A stretch of DNA of 27,875 nt from Archaeoglobaceae archaeon (lineage in GTDB: Archaea > Halobacteriota > Archaeoglobi > Archaeoglobales > Archaeoglobaceae), in assembly GCA_027016055.1 (NCBI GenBank), contig JALWBF010000088.1:1-27875 (forward strand), written 5' to 3'. The translations under genes were made by a program, and so were the position numbers. This document shows positions 24,861-27,875 of the stretch, piece after piece. Positions within the stretch are counted from its first letter, which is position 1, and each line of letters starts with the position of its first letter. Below the pieces are notes generated by a model that saw only the letters and a list, made by a program, of their open reading frames with translations, did not search any database and had not been told where the DNA came from.

Positions 24861-25114
24861 TGGGCATGTGGTGGAGGTGGAAGAGGTATCCCGGCTTCGG
24901 TCCTTGGAGTCACCTCCCACCTTGGGAAAGACCCGGCTGGAAGTTCGGAAGGGGTAGATGCTGGTGGCTCTTTGCGAATCCGGAGTATATGGAACAGTAT
25001 TCAGGTCTTTCCAAGGAGGAAGAACTGAGAATGCTCGAGGAGATGGAGAGGTATTTGGAGGAAGAGCTGAGAATGATTAGAAGGAGGATTAAAGAGCTAA
25101 GAGGGGAGCGCTAA
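24860..25114 (+). CDS. DUF5320-like small protein
   Basis: PWERPGW..GRGRCWW and C-terminal SKEEELRMLEE..RYLEEEL..I..RI.EL coiled coil. GGAGGTG RBS, TGATG overlap. Confidence 0.75.
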   Translation: MGMWWRWKRYPGFGPWSHLPPWERPGWKFGRGRCWWLFANPEYMEQYSGLSKEEELRMLEEMERYLEEELRMIRRRIKELRGER

Positions 25115-25146
25115 ATTTTTTTATTTTATACACCTCAACCTTTTTC
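25115..25146. terminator. T-rich spacer between convergent genes (terminator for the + strand unit)
   Basis: ATTTTTTATTTTAT...CCTTTTT after stop 25114. Confidence 0.45.
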
Positions 25147-25816
25147 AGAATCCGTCGTAAAGTCTCGAACATAGAAATTCCGGAAGTCCCGCTCTTCTTA
25201 CGGCTTCGCAAACCTCTTCTATATCGTATTCAACCCTCTTAAGCAGAACCTTGTCCTTTTCCGTATCGTATATCGCGAAAGCCGAGCGGGGGTCTCCGTC
25301 TCTCGGCTGTCCGACGCTACCGGGGTTTAAGAAGAAGTAACCGTCAAGCTCTCTGATGAACTGGATGTGAGTATGTCCAACAACTATGTTCCTCTTGAGC
25401 ATTCTTAGGAATTCGACAACCATGGGATCCTCGGGAAATATATAAACTTCAAAAGCCGTTTCGTCATCCGCCGGAATGCCGTGATAAACGCTGAACCATT
25501 CCGTTTCGATCTTTATCGGAAGTTTCGACAACCATTCCAAATACTCCTTTTTCAGATGCCTTCTCGTCCACCTTCCCGCTTCTTCCGCATAAGGGTTGAA
25601 CCCCGAAAAGTCGTTGTTTGCCACAGCGTAGTCGTGATTGCCCATAACGCTCTCTATTCCTTCTTTGATGAATATCTCGATTACCTCATTTGGGAAGGGG
25701 TAGTAACCCACCACATCTCCGGCGCAGTATATCTTATCGCATTGGTTGAGTTTGTCGAGAACCACTTCAAACGCTATTAAGTTTCCATGGATATCTGAAA
25801 CTATCCCGATCTTCAT
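25145..25816 (-). CDS. Metallophosphoesterase (calcineurin-like, YfcE/MJ0912-type)
   Basis: SDIHGN, GDVVGY, GNHD, HG, GHTH and NPGSVGQPRDGDPR. Confidence 0.93.
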   Translation of the reverse strand: MKIGIVSDIHGNLIAFEVVLDKLNQCDKIYCAGDVVGYYPFPNEVIEIFIKEGIESVMGNHDYAVANNDFSGFNPYAEEAGRWTRRHLKKEYLEWLSKLPIKIETEWFSVYHGIPADDETAFEVYIFPEDPMVVEFLRMLKRNIVVGHTHIQFIRELDGYFFLNPGSVGQPRDGDPRSAFAIYDTEKDKVLLKRVEYDIEEVCEAVRRAGLPEFLCSRLYDGF

Positions 25817-25918
25817 ATGAGTATTTACTAAAAAGTTGTTTATTACAATACTCTGTTTTTAACTGTTTTTAAGTAAATTTAAATATCATAATTGAGAAAT
25901 TCTTTATTGGTGATCGCC

Positions 25919-26266
25919 ATGCGCGTGGAGTTGGGTGAGCTGTATAAGTATTCCATATACGAGTCGGGAGAGTGCATAGAACTTAGACTCTACGAGAACA
26001 GATGCGGAAAGGAGAAGGACTTTGAATGGGGAATTGCCGGAGAAATTATAGCTAAGAGGGTAAAAGAAATAAAAGGTGTGGATTGCGCCTGCTATTCACC
26101 GACTCTCCAGCGCTTGTGTGTAAAGATTCCCAAGAACACCGAGGGTTTGGATGCGATCGTCAGGGCTGTTCTCGACATAGCGGGCGAGGTTATGATGCAG
26201 TGCATGACCGCAACCGGCAAAGCCAAGCTCGTTCTTGATGAGCTTGGTATTAAGCCCGTTTCTTAA
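25919..26266 (+). CDS. Hypothetical Cys-rich protein (115 aa)
   Basis: ATG 25919 behind a GGTGA RBS, TTTAAATA upstream, oligo-T after the stop. No family recognised with confidence. Confidence 0.75.
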   Translation: MRVELGELYKYSIYESGECIELRLYENRCGKEKDFEWGIAGEIIAKRVKEIKGVDCACYSPTLQRLCVKIPKNTEGLDAIVRAVLDIAGEVMMQCMTATGKAKLVLDELGIKPVS

Positions 26267-26291
26267 ATTTTTATTCAATTTTGACATTTTT
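26267..26291 (+). terminator. Oligo-T terminator candidate
   Basis: ATTTTTTATTCAATTTTGACATTTTT after the stop. Confidence 0.5.
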
Positions 26292-26378
26292 GGTTAGCCC
26301 TATCTTTTCACACTTAAGGGATGCAATCGCTAAGTATTATCCAAAAGTCTTAAAAGATTTGAAGGTTCAGAAGGCTTG

Positions 26379-27875
26379 ATGCTCGACGAAGAATATTTGG
26401 ATATCACGTTCCTCAAAGAGAACGGTTTTATTAGAAAAAGATGTCCACTCTGCGGAAAGCACTTCTGGACGGCAGATGAGAGCAGAGAGATATGCGGAGA
26501 TCCTCCCTGCGGTAGCTACGAGTTCATTGGTAATCCCATTTTCAAAAGAAGATTTACGCTGGATGAAATGAGAGAATTTTATCTAAGCTTCTTCGAAAAG
26601 AGGGGGCACGAAAGAATAGAGAGGTATCCAGTAATTGCAAGGTGGAGAGACGATATCTATTTAACGATCGCATCCATAGCGGATTTTCAGCCGTTCGTAA
26701 CTTCCGGAGTAGCTCCTCCACCGGCAAACCCTCTTACGATATCTCAGCCGTGCATAAGAATGGACGATCTTGACAGCGTTGGAAGAACCGGTAGACATCT
26801 AACGCTCTTCGAAATGATGGCTCATCACGCATTTAACTATCCAAATCAGCACGTATATTGGAAGAACGAGACAGTTCAATACTGCACCGAGCTTCTGAGT
26901 GAATTGGGCGTTCCTAAGGAGAAGATAGTTTACAAGGAGGAACCTTGGGTCGGAGGAGGTAATGCCGGACCATGCTTGGAAGCAATAGTCGGAGGAATCG
27001 AGCTCGCTACTTTGGTTTTCATGAATTTGGTTGAAGATGAGAACGGGGATATCGAACTCAAGGGCTTGAGGTTCAGGAAGATGGAAAACTACATCGTCGA
27101 CACCGGATACGGACTTGAGAGGTTCGTCTGGGCGAGCCAAGGGACTCCAACTGTTTATGATGCCATCTTTCCGGAGGTCGTGGAGACGATAATAGATAAC
27201 AGCAACATCGGATTCGAGAGGGATGAGGAAGTGGAAAGGATAATCGCAGAAAGTTCAAAGCTTGCGGGAGTTATGGGTGAGCTTAGAGGGGAGAAGCTTA
27301 TCCAGATGCGCAGACGGGTTGCGGATAAGTTGGGAATAAGTCTGGAAAAGCTTGAGAGCATAGTTGTTCCGATGGAGAAGGTTTACGCCTTAGCGGATCA
27401 CACGAGAGCTATCCTGTTCATGCTCGGAGACGGCTTGGTTCCTTCAAACGCCGGAGCGGGATATTTGGCGAGGTTGATGATAAGAAGAAGCTTAAGGCTT
27501 GCGGAGGAAATCGGGCTGAACCTAACGCTTTTCGATCTTGTAGAATTGCACAGGAAAATAATGAAGGCTTTCGAGTTCGAAGTTCCTATGGAGATAATCC
27601 ACGAAATTCTGGAACTCGAAGAGGAAAGATATAAGAGAACGATATCCAAGGGTATCAAGCTCGTAGAAAGGGTGATTCAGAGGAAGAAGAGGATTGATAA
27701 GGATGATCTAATTGAGTTCTACGATTCTCACGGCGTTCCGCCGGAACTTGTAGTTAAGATTGCTGAGGAAAAGGGTGTTGAAGTTGAGATTCCGAAGGAT
27801 TTCTACGCTGAGCTTGCAAGCAGGCATGCGAAAGCTGAGAGGAAGGTTAAGCCGAAGTTGCTTAAGAGGAAGTAT
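26379..27875 (+). CDS. alaS: Alanyl-tRNA synthetase, archaeal type (3'-truncated by the window edge; absent from the ORF track)
   Basis: Hand translation is open for 499 codons to the window end: MLDEEYLDITFL..., N-terminal Zn motif CPLCGKHFW..CGDPPC, ASIADFQP, SQPCIR, GRHLTLFEMMAHHAFN, WVGGGNAGPC, DTGYGLER, DHTR. Confidence 0.97.
   Translation, partial: MLDEEYLDITFLKENGFIRKRCPLCGKHFWTADESREICGDPPCGSYEFIGNPIFKRRFTLDEMREFYLSFFEKRGHERIERYPVIARWRDDIYLTIASIADFQPFVTSGVAPPPANPLTISQPCIRMDDLDSVGRTGRHLTLFEMMAHHAFNYPNQHVYWKNETVQYCTELLSELGVPKEKIVYKEEPWVGGGNAGPCLEAIVGGIELATLVFMNLVEDENGDIELKGLRFRKMENYIVDTGYGLERFVWASQGTPTVYDAIFPEVVETIIDNSNIGFERDEEVERIIAESSKLAGVMGELRGEKLIQMRRRVADKLGISLEKLESIVVPMEKVYALADHTRAILFMLGDGLVPSNAGAGYLARLMIRRSLRLAEEIGLNLTLFDLVELHRKIMKAFEFEVPMEIIHEILELEEERYKRTISKGIKLVERVIQRKKRIDKDDLIEFYDSHGVPPELVVKIAEEKGVEVEIPKDFYAELASRHAKAERKVKPKLLKRKY

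Noticed and set aside
26288-26306. DtxR-box-like TTTGGTTAGCCCTATCTTT upstream of alaS
   Set aside because: Only a partial match, poor palindromic symmetry and no metal-related target gene.
1-27875. CRISPR array, rRNA, IS elements
   Set aside because: No regularly spaced 24-40 nt repeats, no rRNA-like sequence and no transposase motifs found by eye.

Overview
Gene-dense archaeal chromosomal segment, most likely Archaeoglobales (inferred from the AlaRS, Alba, GatD and S8e sequences, GGTGA-type RBSs and BRE/TATA promoters). Housekeeping genes: ftsY (5'-truncated), gatD, rps8e, topA, alba, tmk, tRNA-Ser(CGA), alaS (3'-truncated, missing from the ORF track) and a two-subunit aconitase X (probable phosphomevalonate dehydratase). 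Four less ordinary modules sit among them. (1) An AT-rich ABC-ATPase + TOPRIM-like gene pair (772-2515), a candidate defence system. (2) A type IV pilus/T2SS-like locus (9950-17578) with ATPase, TadC-like protein, one giant pilin-like protein, a secreted vWA protein carrying an inserted ~120-aa domain, and a coupled Ca-binding microprotein. (3) A divergent module (18814-22487) of a MinD-type ATPase, a large surface-anchored protein and two paralogous winged-helix proteins with C-terminal membrane anchors, centred on a 14-bp palindromic TATA. (4) An Fe-S/DUF5320 pair behind a clear palindromic operator. No CRISPR array, rRNA, transposase or integrase was seen. Family assignments come from motif recognition, not database searches.
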